Of a DNA stretch of 64,000 bases, positions 52,655 to 64,000 are shown in pieces. Within the stretch, counting starts at the first letter, position 1. Every line of letters begins with the position of its first letter. The translations under genes and the position numbers were made by a program. The DNA lies in the NCBI RefSeq assembly GCF_004010195.1, contig NC_057718.1, positions 30,510,045-30,574,044 on the forward strand. Direction: 5' to 3'. The notes under the pieces were generated by a model. The model searched no databases. It was not told the origin of the DNA and saw only the letters and a list, made by a program, of their open reading frames with translations. The DNA comes from Chiloscyllium plagiosum. Taxonomy: Eukaryota.

Positions 52655-54532
52655 GAACCCTAGAACTCCATGGGAAGCTAGAGAAGTGATTGCTAGGCCT
52701 CTTGCTGAGGTATTTGTATCATAGATAGTCATAGGTAAGGTGCCGGAAGACTGGAGATTGGCTATCTTGGTGCCACTGATTAAGAAGGGTGGTAAGGACA
52801 AGCCAGGGAACGATAGACCAGTGAGCCTGACGTCGGTGGTGGGCAAGTTGTCGGAGACAATCCTGAGGGACAGGATGTACATGTATTTGGAAAGGCAAGG
52901 ACTGATTAGGGATAGTCAACATGGCTTTGTGCGTGGGAAATCATGTCTCACAAACTTGATTGAGTTTTTGAGGAAGTAACAAAGAGGATTGATGACGGCA
53001 GAGCAGTAGATGTGATCTATATGGACTTCAGTAAGGCATTCGACAAGGTTCCTCATGGGAGCCTGGTTAGCAAGGTTAGATCTCATGAAATACAGGGAGA
53101 ACTAGCCATTTGGATACAGAACTGACTCAAAGGTAGAAGACAGAGGGTGGTGGTGGAGGGTTGCTTTTCAGATTGGTGGCCTGTGACCAGTGGAGTGCCA
53201 CAAGGATCGGCGCTGGGCCCTCTACTTTTTGTCATTTACATTAATGATTTGGATGCAAGCATAAGAGGTATAGTTAGTATGTTTGCAGATGACACCAAAA
53301 TTGGAGGTGTAGTGGACAGTGAAGAGGGTTACCTCAGATTACAAAGGATCTTGACCAGATGGGCCAATGGGCTGAGAAGTGGCAGATGGAGTTTAATTCA
53401 GATAAATGCAAGGAGCTGCGTTTTGGGAAAGCAAATCTTAGCAGGACTTATACACTTAATGGTAAGGTCCTAGGGAGCTTTGCTGAACAAAGAGAACTTG
53501 GAGTGCAGGTTCACAGCTCCTTGAAAGTGGAGTCGCAAGGAGATAGGATAGCAAAGAAGGTGTTTGGTATGCTTTCCTTTATTGGTCCGAGTTTTGAGTA
53601 TAGGAGTTGGGAGGTCATGTTGCGGCTGTACAGGACATTGGTTAGGCCACTGTTGGAATATTGCATGCAATTCTGGTCTCCTTCCTATCGGAAAGATGTT
53701 GTGAAACCTGAAAGGGTTCAGAAGAGATTTACAAGGATGTTGCCAGGGTTGGAGGATTTGAGCTATAGGGAGAGGCTGAACAGACTGGGACTGTTTTCAC
53801 TGGAGCGTCGCAGGCTGAGGGGTGACTTTATAGAGGCTTACAAATTATGAGGGGCATGGATAGGGTAAATAGGCAAAATCTTTTCCTTTAGATTAGATTA
53901 GATTAGATTACATTACAGTGTGGAAACAGGCCCTTCGGCCCAACAAGTCCACACCGAACCGCCGAAGCGAAACCCACCCATACCCCTACATTTACCCCTT
54001 ACCTAACACTACGGGCAATTTAGCATGGCCAATTTACCTGACCCTGCACATCTTTTGAACTGTGGGAGGAAACCGGAGCACCCGGAGGAAACCCACGCAG
54101 ACACGGGGAGAATGTGCAAACTCCACACAGTCAGTCGCCTGAGGCGGGAATTGAACCCGGGTCTCAGGCGCTGTGAGGCAGCAGTGCTAACCACTGTGCC
54201 ACCGTGCCGCCCACCACGGGCGGGGTCGGGGAGTCCAGAACTAGAGGGCACAGGTTTAGGGTGAGATGGGGAAAGATATAAAAGAGACCTAAGAGGCAAT
54301 CTTTTCACGCAGAGGGTGGTACGTGTATGGAATGAGCTGCCAGAGGATGTGGTGGAGGCTGGTACAATTGCAACATTTAAGAGGCATTTGGATAGGTTTC
54401 TGAATAGGAAGGGTTTGGACGGATATGGGCCGGGTGCTGGCAGGTGGGACTAGATTGGGTTGGGATATCTGGTCGGCATGGACGGGTTGGAACGAAAGGT
54501 CTGTTTCATGCTGTACACCTCTATGACTCTAT
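52655..54532 (+). mobile_element. Young CR1 LINE 3' 1.5 kb with an HE1 SINE inserted
   Basis: PEDWRLA..SQHGFVRGKSCLTNL; GVPQGS; FADDTKIGG; CTATGACTCTATG tail. Confidence 0.95.
53888..54213 (-). mobile_element. Young HE1-type V-SINE inside CR1
   Basis: Near-identical to 51348-51684; CR1 sequence resumes at ~54221. Confidence 0.9.
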
Positions 54533-57432
54533 GCTGTAAAATTTCAGTATCTGCTCGTAATATTTAAATATACTTCCTAATTGGAGTTGTAATTTGCATG
54601 GCAATAAAGTATTATAAATTCATAATAGTCAAATTGCAGGAAGCCTCGCCAAAGATTTGCATAAAATAGGATAGTTAAGGAGGCCCCTGTTTTGCCTACG
54701 AATGTGCTCTGTCAGAAAAATAAAACAAATGAATACACTGATGCAATGACTACGTGATAAAAAGATTTCATTTTGCAATACATTCACACTGACCTTGTTC
54801 ATTAAAAAGTATTGAATAAACTTTGGGAATTAGCTATAGACAAATTCAATAATCGTTTTCTGCTTAGTATGCTGTCTTTGGAAAGCACAATACAATCCAC
54901 CATGTCTTAAATGCAGTCAAACATCTTTTTGGTGTTTTCTTGTTGCAGTGCAACATCTTGGTTAATATCTGTTGCCTCTGTAGTTTCAGTTTTGGGAAAC
55001 AAGCAGGGGAGCAGGCAGGCATTCATTGGACCCTTCAAGGTCGTCGGTCTCCTCAGCCATACTTGAAGGTTTCACAGAGAGATATCTATTGAATGATGGT
55101 TTGCCTGTGATTTTTATGCTGTATCACAGCCTAACTCCTCTGTGATTGCCAACTTGACAAACAGGTACACGATCAGCTATCACTGACTTATCACTGGCAC
55201 CTTCCATTCGATATTGTGTCCTTCAAACAGGAATGGCTGACAACATTGACACAGCTGCAATCATGGGTTGTCCAATTTTCATCTGGTGTGATTTCATTGT
55301 ATCTGTCATATTTCTGATTTTCTATTGAAGACATTGGGACCAAAATCTCATTTATTGGTTGTACACCAAAGACAGCTTCAAACGTGGAGTGGAAAGTATG
55401 AAGTGATTGGGGCTAGGGTAAAAGAAGTAATTTACATAATTTATCTAAGTAACTGTGTAAAACATTTCAAATTAGGAAGATTACGGACAACTTTACCTTG
55501 TGTTAGGATGTAGTTAATTGAGGAGAAAATAGGATTTTTTTTTTGTTCAAAATCTACATGTTTTAAAAGTAAGTTACTGTTATACATACATCAGATGTGC
55601 CTTACCAATACTCAAAGGCCTGTGATATTTTTACATTGTGCCACTTGTGATGTGTTGCTTCAGTAAGTTTTCTGCATAATGGCATTGATTGAATCACTGA
55701 TATGCGTATGCTTGTAACAGGACTGTCATAAGAATCAGAAATTACACAATGAGTTCTCATTATCTGTGAGCAATGCCAAGAGAGATCTGCAAATATTTAG
55801 TTATTGTTTGTGATGCTCATATTTGAATCGTTTCATCTAGTGCTGTTTGCTATATGTTCTGCACTTGAATTATCCGTGTACCTTATAGCCTTAACAGCAC
55901 TCATCCAGGATTCATAGTTTCTTAACTCCCCTGATAGCAATGTGCATGATTTGTGTATTTTCTTTATGTTTAGACTGTTCAAAAGGTGATGTTACTCCTG
56001 TTCAGGTTTAAAGGATTTTCCTGATGTTTGTCATGCTGTCTTCAAAATCTGAGGTTTCTTTACTCGGTGATTTTGAGGTCATCTTGCAAATATAGCAGCT
56101 AATATAATGTCAACTAGTTATTTTCGAAAAGAAATGCAGAATGACTTGGTTAGTGGCCAGAGTGAAGATTATAGGCATAGTTTTAAATGGATGTAATCAA
56201 GCACCGTGGGACACTGATTCCTATGCTCCTGGAGCCAAGGAAATACCCATGTATTGATATAGTTAAATACTGAATGCATCTGGATGTTGTTAATTGAAAG
56301 TTGGGGAATTCATAAATATTTTGGATTTTACTTGATTAGCTTTTGGAGAAAATCATGTTGTGTTGCCTCAGGTGTTGAAATAAGCTGAGTGCATCTGTGA
56401 AAATGTAGACTGGTTTAATTGTTTGATGGTTTCTCAATGCCCTACTTTTTATGCTCATACAAAGTGTTTAATTTTCTGATGGTATAGATGGCCCTGTCAG
56501 AAAGATGCAGTTCTCTGGCAATCTAGGAGACTACATTATTGAGTGTGTGATTGGGCACTGTGAAGGTGTGCATCTCAGAAAATCGGGGGCTCGCAGCCTG
56601 TGATTTTCCATCCATTAATTTTAATGGATAGATGATCACAGGCTGTGTGGGCCTGTTATTTCCCCTCTTGCACTTTCTGCAAACTTTGTTACTTGCCAGA
56701 ATCTCTAATTGCAGAATCAGCGCTTATATTTCCAAGAGGTATTATCCTTTACAACCTAGCAAGATGCCTATTCTGATACTGTATATCATTGTCCTAGTGT
56801 CTAGAAGGCTGGAAAGGAAGATGGAAATGAATAAGGCTATTGAATTAGAAACCACTGAGAACATACTATCAGAGAGGAAAGGAAGGTAAATAGGCTATGA
56901 CGTAGAGCGCGAAAAAAAAACATGAAACCTGCAAGGGATATTTTTTAAAAAGCAAAAGAACTTGAATTATTAATGTGATTGTGTGATAGAAGGATTCAAT
57001 AGAAAGATTTATAGCTATGAAATCATACTTCTGTACGAAATGGTATGGTTTAACTTGGACAGTAGTGAGAGGTAAATTTTGGGTATAACATTCTTGGGAA
57101 AGATGCTAAGGAAAGTGAAGGGGGTGGATGGTGGCAATAGTGAAGTATTCTATAATGCATAGAATATAAATATGTCGCAAGCGGTAGTGTTATCAATGTT
57201 TATACTTGATGGAGTTTTTAAAAAGTGGAAGAGGCACCATACAGGCCATCAAGTAGTTTAGTTACTTGCCACAGAATTCCTAACATCTGACATCCTTGTA
57301 GCCACTGTACGTATATAGCTGATCCAGTTAAATTTTCTGGCCTCTGATGGTAGGGAATTTATCAAGAGCCTTGAATGTCAAAAGGAGGTAGATAAATTTT
57401 TTCTTATGTGATATGGTCACATATTTGGTGCA

Positions 57433-57517
57433 AAAACAGAAATTGCTGGAGAAACTCAGCAGGTCTGGCAGCATCTGTGGGAAGAAAGAAAAGTTAATGT
57501 TTTAAGTCCAGTGACTC
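57433..57517 (-). mobile_element. Family B Penelope-derived tail remnant
   Basis: AAAACAGAAATTGCTGGAGAAACTCAGCAGGTCTGGCAGCATCTGTGG. Confidence 0.65.
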
Positions 57518-57670
57518 AATTTTGCTACATGGAAACACAAACTTTCCATTGTGTGAGGAGTCACAAATGGTATTGAACGCTAAACAATGATCGGTAAACG
57601 TTCCCACTTCTGACCTTATGATGAAGGAGATGTAATTCTTACAGTAGTTGAAGATGATTGGGTTTCTGAC

Positions 57671-58166
57671 CATAATAGTGTCCCTACCTGCAAGGCCTGG
57701 GTTCAAGTCCCATCTGTTCCAGAGGTGTGTAATAACGTCACTGAACAGCTTGATTAGAACATTTGTTAAATAACAAAAAGATTCAGAGGAATTAGGGCTT
57801 TTGTGGCAGAGTGATAGTATCTCAACCTCTGGGCCTGAATTCAAGTCCAATCAGCTCCAGCAGTGGGTCATAACACCTCTGAACAGCCTGATTTTAAAAA
57901 TATCTGTTGTGAGGTGGTAAAGAACTCTTGCGGTGTAGTGTTAGTTTCCCTACTGCTGAGCCAAAAGGCCTAGGTTCAAATCCCACCTGCTTCAGAGGTG
58001 TGTCTATCATGTCAGAATAGGTTGATTGAAAATACCTATAAAGAATTCTTTAGAGCTGTTGTGGTGCAGTAATAGTGTCTATATCTGTCCAGGAGGGTAA
58101 GGTTCAAGTCCCACTTGCTCCAGAGATTTGTAATAACATCTCTGAACAGGTTGATTTGAAAAATAT
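57671..58166 (+). repeat. Tandem array of four diverged short tRNA-derived SINE units
   Basis: Units of ~110-125 bp with B-box-like GGTTCAAGTCC and CTGAACAGGTTGATT..AAAA ends. Confidence 0.75.
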
Positions 58167-58429
58167 CGACACTGGAATTCCTGCAGCAATGTCTTGAACC
58201 TGAGATGATGGACTTTGTGCTATATCTGACTTCAACTAATGGAAGATCCCTCACCCCGAATCCCATTAACATTGATTTTGTCAGGGCTATTTGATGCCAT
58301 ACTCAACCAAGTGCTGCTCTGATGCCAAGTGAAGTCATTTTTACCTCCTATTTAGTATCTTCATGAAGTGCTTCAAGAAGTTGGTCATGGTCCACATCAA
58401 CTCTCATTTCCCAGCCAGCCTTGTTCCTT

Positions 58430-59601
58430 TACAATTTATCCTACCACAGTGGACACCATTTCTCTAGCCCTGCACCCATCCCTGGAACATTTGGACAACA
58501 AGGATACCTGTGTCAGACTCCTGTTCATCGTCTGCAGCTCCCCCTTCAACGTCATTATCCCATCCAGACTGACCTCAAAACTTCGAGACCTAGGTCTCAA
58601 CTCCGTCCTCTGCAACTGGATCTTCAACTTCCTGACCCACAGACCGCAATCAGTGAAGATAGACAACTGCACCTCCTCCACAATAACACTCAACACTGGA
58701 GATCCCCAAGGATGCGTTGTTAGCTCCCTACTGTGTTCCCTGTACACACACGACTGTGTTGCCAAATTCCAAAGAAGCACCATTTACAAGTTTGCTGATG
58801 ACACCACCATGGTAGAACAGATATTAAGCAAGGAGGTAGAGAGCTTGGTGACCTGGTGCAATGAGAACAATCTCTTTCTCTCAACCTCGGCAAAACTAAA
58901 TAACTAATCATTGCCTTCAGAAAGAAGGGAGGAGAAAACACCTCCCATCTACATCTACGGTGCTGAAGTTGAGAGGGTGGAGAGCATCTAGTTCCTAGGA
59001 ATGACAACCCGTCCTGGACTTTCCATGTAGATTCAACGGTCAAGAAGACACAACATCTCTTCTTCCTCAGGTGGCTCAGGAAATTTGGCATGTCCATGAG
59101 GATCCTCACCAATGTTTACAGATGCACCATACTGTCTGGGTGCATAACGACCTGGTATAGCAACTGCTGTGCCCAGGACCATTAGAAACTACAGAAGGTT
59201 GTGAGCACAACCTAGACCATCACAGAAGCCAACCTTCCATCCATGGATTTCACTTACCTGGCTCATTGCTGCGGAAAGACTCCCAACATCATAAAAGACC
59301 CATCCCACCCCAGCAATGATTTCCCACAACCCCTTCCATTCATGCTAAAGATACAGAGCTTGAATACACACACCAGCAGGTTCAAGAACAGCTTCTTCCC
59401 TGTTAGACTGATGAATGGATTCTCTAATTTCAAATAATGTTGAAATGTTGATCTTGCCTAGCGCTTCCCTGTGTGATATAAACTGTATGCCTCTGTCAAG
59501 TTTTTTTCTCACCCTATGATCTGCATGTCCTTATTTACTACGATCTGCCTGTACTGCTCATAAACAACACTTTTCACTGTATTTAGGTAAATCAAATCAA
59601 A
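58430..59601 (+). mobile_element. Rex1/Babar LINE 3' part
   Basis: [48 protein letters not shown]; (AAATC)n tail. Confidence 0.9.
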
Positions 59602-61477
59602 CCATCATACTCTCAGCAATTAGACATGTCATTCGTTCATAAGTGATCCACCCATCTAACCTTTTATTGTTGAATGTCTGAATAGCCTTTACACTTGCCT
59701 TTTATATTATCCGCTTGTCTATTTTTACATATTCTCCTATCATTAAAATCTCCATTTTTACACACCCTATACTTTCCATTTTCTTTAATTTCTGTGAGAT
59801 TGTTGATCAAACTTTCAATTTGTTATGGTCACTTTGCTTTGTCTATTTATTTCAACCCCACATTTATTTATCTTATATTCTGTACATATCATATTTGAAT
59901 ATTTTCCACTGCTTTTCTGTGAAGTCATTTGCTAACTTTTCTCCCCACATAATTTGGGTCAGATTCAGGCTGCTTCATCAACTTTTCTAAGCCTTCTAAC
60001 TTGTTATTGCCGTTCTATTCTTGCAGTATTATTCCCAAATTTTAACCTAGTAGCATATCATTTTCTTTTGTCCTACTTAAAATATCCTGCTGAACCTGAA
60101 AACACTGATCTAAGGGATGATACAAAAAAAAATCTTTTCCCAGTTTTACGTGCTACCTCTATCCCAATCTAGTGTGGCAGAGAGGCAATATTATTTCCAT
60201 CTTTTTACATAACCCTCCTTTCTTCTTTCCTTTATCAGACTAGGACATTACTTCTCACAGGTGACCATTCTGTATGTCTGACCTTAGGCAATGAGTGTTG
60301 ACAGATTGCTGAACTGTCTTATCTGGTTTTCCAGCAGGACTTACTGGATTGAATCATTTACTCTAACTTGACTTTTCTGTGCAAGTACATCATTGTCTAT
60401 CCCTCACTGAAGGCTGGAGACTTCCTGTTCTGTATTGCTGACTTCCATACCAGTGATTATAGTTACTAAATGAGTAATTGGGGAAGATGTGCGTGAAACT
60501 TTGGGCAAAAAAATAATGCTGTCCAGCTACCAATTGTTGTTGCAGAAAAAAGAATTGAGCAAAAATGTTGAAATTTTTTCTTTTGCTCTTTCTAAAATTG
60601 CAAAGTGTATGAATAGAGTGAGAAGCAAGCATTCCATGGAAGCTTGCAAGTGAAAACCATGGTTTTAATTTAAAATTGCTTCACTTCAGGTTCGTGCAGT
60701 GACTGAAGCATTGTATCATTTATTAACTATTTCTCACAGTACATTGCTTCACCACTGAGCATGCAAGTAAATATTTGTAATTATTGATCATAAACTCCAT
60801 TTGAACAGTCTTATAAAGCGATTTCTAGCTATTATTTTGTGCATTGCATTTAACTGCAATTTTTTTGTTCATGTTTGTATAAATAGCAATCATTTCTCAT
60901 TCATGAGTTAGTGATACAGTGTCAAACTCAGCAATGAGGAAGAGGATAGTTTTTCATCATGAAATGAATACTGGTACAAAAACTGTATTTATGTTTTGTT
61001 ATCATAAATAGTTAGCATTCTTTCTGTGCTTGAAAGGTATGAAAACAAACACACAAGCAGAGGGGGAAATAGAAACTATTAGATTACAGTGAACATATTT
61101 TTACAAATCAAAGGGTTGCAGCTCCCAGGAAAATGGGGAGAGTTACCAAATTCTACTTTGTTGCACATGTGCCTTGTCATTAAAAAATGTTGCCTTTAAG
61201 GACTCCATGCATTGTATGTGTTGTAGCTCTTTCTGGCAGTTAATTTGCGGTGAGTTTGCAAGCTGCACATACAAAACTCAGTTGGTTTGCTGAAATATCT
61301 GCTTCATAACTTACAATCTGTTTTACTGTTTTAAATAAACAGAGCTAGTCAATCCCTGACCAGCAATGGATTCTTAACCATTATCATTAACAATACATGG
61401 TGGAGCAGCCCAATAGCACTGTGCTAAAGAGGCCTATCTTACTTGAAAAGTCAGAACCAATATCTGCTTCATAACTT

Positions 61478-61660
61478 AGAACATAGAACATTACAGCGCA
61501 GTACAGGCCCTTCGGCCCTCAGTGTTGTGCTGACCTGTGAAATCAATGTGAAGCCCATCTAACCTACACTATTCCATGTTTATCCAATGACCATTTGAAT
61601 GTCCTTAAAGTTGGCAAATCTACTGCTGTTGCAGACAGGGTGTTCTATTCTGAGTAAAGA
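61478..61660 (-). mobile_element. CR1 3' tail fragment
   Basis: AGAACATAGAACATTACAGCGCAGTACAGGCCCTTCGGCCC, antisense of the 11500-11612 tail. Confidence 0.8.
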
Positions 61661-61689
61661 ACCTACTCAATATGTTGACATATTGTCTA

Positions 61690-61996
61690 GCTAACGCCCA
61701 TTGTTACAGCTAACCTGAGAATGCAACTTTTTCAAAAAAAAAGGTTTTGTGATTTACTCATGAAAGAAGTGAAACTATCATGGTATTCGAACAGATGAAA
61801 GACTCAACAGACAATCAAGGTATTTTTCAATGTATAATTTCAGTTGCATCACACTGTAAATTTTTGCTATAAATTCTGTGCCTTAGAATTGTGTCCTCCA
61901 CTATCACCTGATGAAGGAGCGGCACTCCGAAAGCGAGTGTGCTTCCAATTAAACCTGTTGGACTATAACCTGGTGTTGTGTGATTTTTAACTATGT
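61690..61996 (+). mobile_element. Family D Penelope terminal repeat with hammerhead core
   Basis: CAC-CTGATGA-AGGAG-CGGCA-CTCC-GAAAGCGA-GTG at 61905-61939, then the tail shared with 39093 and 47470. Confidence 0.8.
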
Positions 61997-62190
61997 AAAG
62001 ATGAGACATGAAGGCTCAGTTAGGGCACTTGAGAGTTACAAGTTAGCCAGGAAAGACCTAAAGAGAGAACTAAGAAGAGCCAGGAGGGGACATGAGAAGT
62101 CTTTGACAGGTAGGATCAAGGAAATCCCAAAAACTTTCTATAGGTATGTCAGGAATATAAGAATGACTAGAGTAAGATTAGGACCAATCA
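61997..62190 (+). mobile_element. CR1 ORF2 internal fragment
   Basis: KRELRRARRGHEKSLTGRIKEIPKTFYRYVRN. Confidence 0.85.
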
Positions 62191-63899
62191 TGGCCCTAAT
62201 GTGTTTAACTGTTTTAAATAAACTAACCTACAGAGTTAATTATTCCTTGATGAGTGATGAATGATTAGACCATTATCCTGACAGACCTAAGGCTGCAAGA
62301 ACTACCATTAGAGCAGCCACATAAATTTGCCTGTTGAAAATACATTTGTCTTTTTGTACGTTCATTTGTTGATTAGTGGATTTTTATGTGGTAATTGCAA
62401 TGTATTTAGGTTAAAATACCAGTTGGGCTGAATGAGAAATGGGCATTTTATAAGATCCTCAATATTTTCAATTCAAGTTATAATGTTGAGGACGTTTTCT
62501 GGCACAATTGGAGAACACATGGCCAAATGTATGTAGAGCAGAAATTTGCCAGTCTACGTTGGGTAGTGATGATCACCCCACGTTTTGTCATCTTGTGACA
62601 GGTGGAATTGATCTGAGCTACCAATCTTGATTGCTGTCATGAACGTCTGTTGAAATTGAGCATATTGCTGATGTTGGGTGAGGATATGTTCTGGTACACC
62701 CTCCCAATAATCAGGTACCTTGTTGAAACACTATCAACCATAGTCGTGAAGAAAGCAATTTGAGCAAAGTACTTGGAGCCGAAAGCAATTTGGTAAAGAA
62801 ATCAAATAGAAGAACCTGACCACAATACCCAGTTAGGTGAGTTAGCGTTTGAATTTAATTGGAAAAAGCAGCAATATGTGTTTAGCAGACTAAGAAACTT
62901 TAATGCCACATTTGACCATGTTGTGTTGGCTTTTCTCTGATTATTCTTTTCCTGTTCCTTTGGGTAAATGTTCAACCTTCACTGAGCACTTCCTCCCTCA
63001 CTTACATGGGAGGTGGGGACTTGAATATGCCTTCATTCTGCCTTCAGCCATTTCTATCAATCAGTACTCATCACACTGCTCTGGGAAAAGTAACTTCTGT
63101 TTAAAATGAATGTTAAAAGCTGAAGAACAGAGGTACATCTAGTTTCCATTAGCTACTTTATTGACTCCTGTCTGATACATAGATATCCACATCAATTTCC
63201 TCCGAAGTGGGTAATGCCTGCTCTCCAATATCAACTATATAGTAGCATAGTGGTTATGTTACTGGGCTAAAACTATTGATAACACAAAACTTGACTCTCA
63301 GAAACTGAAGTGCAGCTGGCCTTTTGATTAGGTTTCCTCCTGCAGGTGTGCTACTCTAGAATTATAAGCAACTCACCTTCTGTTTTTACCATTAATGGCG
63401 GAGATCGCTCCTTTTTGCAAATTTGCGACCTTGTTCGAAAATTTGCACAAATTGATAGTTTACTGACATGTCTTGTTACCAACATTATTCTTTCTTTGCT
63501 ATCCAATGGTCGTGGTACAGTTATGCTAATAGCTAACATCTCCAAGCTTTTGTGTTCAGATCCTACCCATCACCCCTTATCCTATTAGACTGTTAAAAAT
63601 ATAGTTTATCAGTTATTCCCTGAAAAATAGCCATGAGTACTATTAGATAGTTAATCAAACTAAGTCTGCATGCATGAGTAAAGATTGATTAATGCCTAGT
63701 TAATCTTGTAATTTTTTTCGGGTGACCGCTATCATGGTGGATAAAGAGTGCCATTGGGGATATCAATTATGTGAAATTTGAGAAGGCATTGATTAGTATC
63801 CACACAAACTTTTTTGTCAAAATGAAAATACATGCAATTGGAGATGACCTGATGACAGGGGTTGGTAGTTGCATGGGAAATAAAGATGGAGTGTTTTTA

Positions 63900-64000
63900 G
63901 GAAAGCATTTACACAGCACTTTTCATGACAATAGTGTGTTCCCAAGTGCTTTATAGAGAACAAAGTCCTTTTAAGTTGTAATCATTATTGTAAATCAGGA
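63900..64000 (-). mobile_element. Probable DeuSINE/L2-type 3' tail running off the window
   Basis: GCATTTACACAGCACTTTTCATGAC..CCCAAGTGCTTTA. Confidence 0.45.

Noticed and set aside
57671..58166. CRISPR array or true tRNA cluster
   Set aside because: Vertebrate context, long diverged units with no repeat-spacer pattern, no cas genes, no convincing cloverleaf
60240..60632. Minus-strand exon candidate with an 80-aa ORF
   Set aside because: All frames hit stops, no recognisable homology and no consistent donor
62420..62816. Minus-strand exon candidate
   Set aside because: No frame is open between plausible splice sites or compatible with the 63377 donor phase

Overview
Eukaryotic, repeat-dominated vertebrate DNA, most likely a shark or ray (inferred from HE1-type V-SINEs and abundant HER1/CR1-type LINEs). 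No intact protein-coding gene, rRNA, tRNA gene or CRISPR array is supportable. Almost all ORF-track entries are pieces or antisense shadows of decayed retroelements: many CR1 LINEs (two retaining ORF1), an internally deleted L1, Rex1/Babar, RTE, two Gypsy-type LTR elements (one with the Gmr1-like integrase-before-RT order), a solo LTR, Penelope-like elements (PLEs) and several SINE families, nested up to three levels deep. The only recognisable host-gene sequence is one inactivated GALNT11-like exon (14855-15007). The most striking system is a set of short, often palindromic and TSD-flanked Penelope-derived insertions from about four families, each carrying a minimal hammerhead ribozyme core (CUGAnGA-stem II-GAAA with a self-complementary stem III), including a 170-bp near-perfect palindrome with two back-to-back cores (38563-38732). 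There is a 374-N assembly gap at 32284-32657. Family assignments rest on recalled motifs, not database searches; boundaries of old repeats are approximate.
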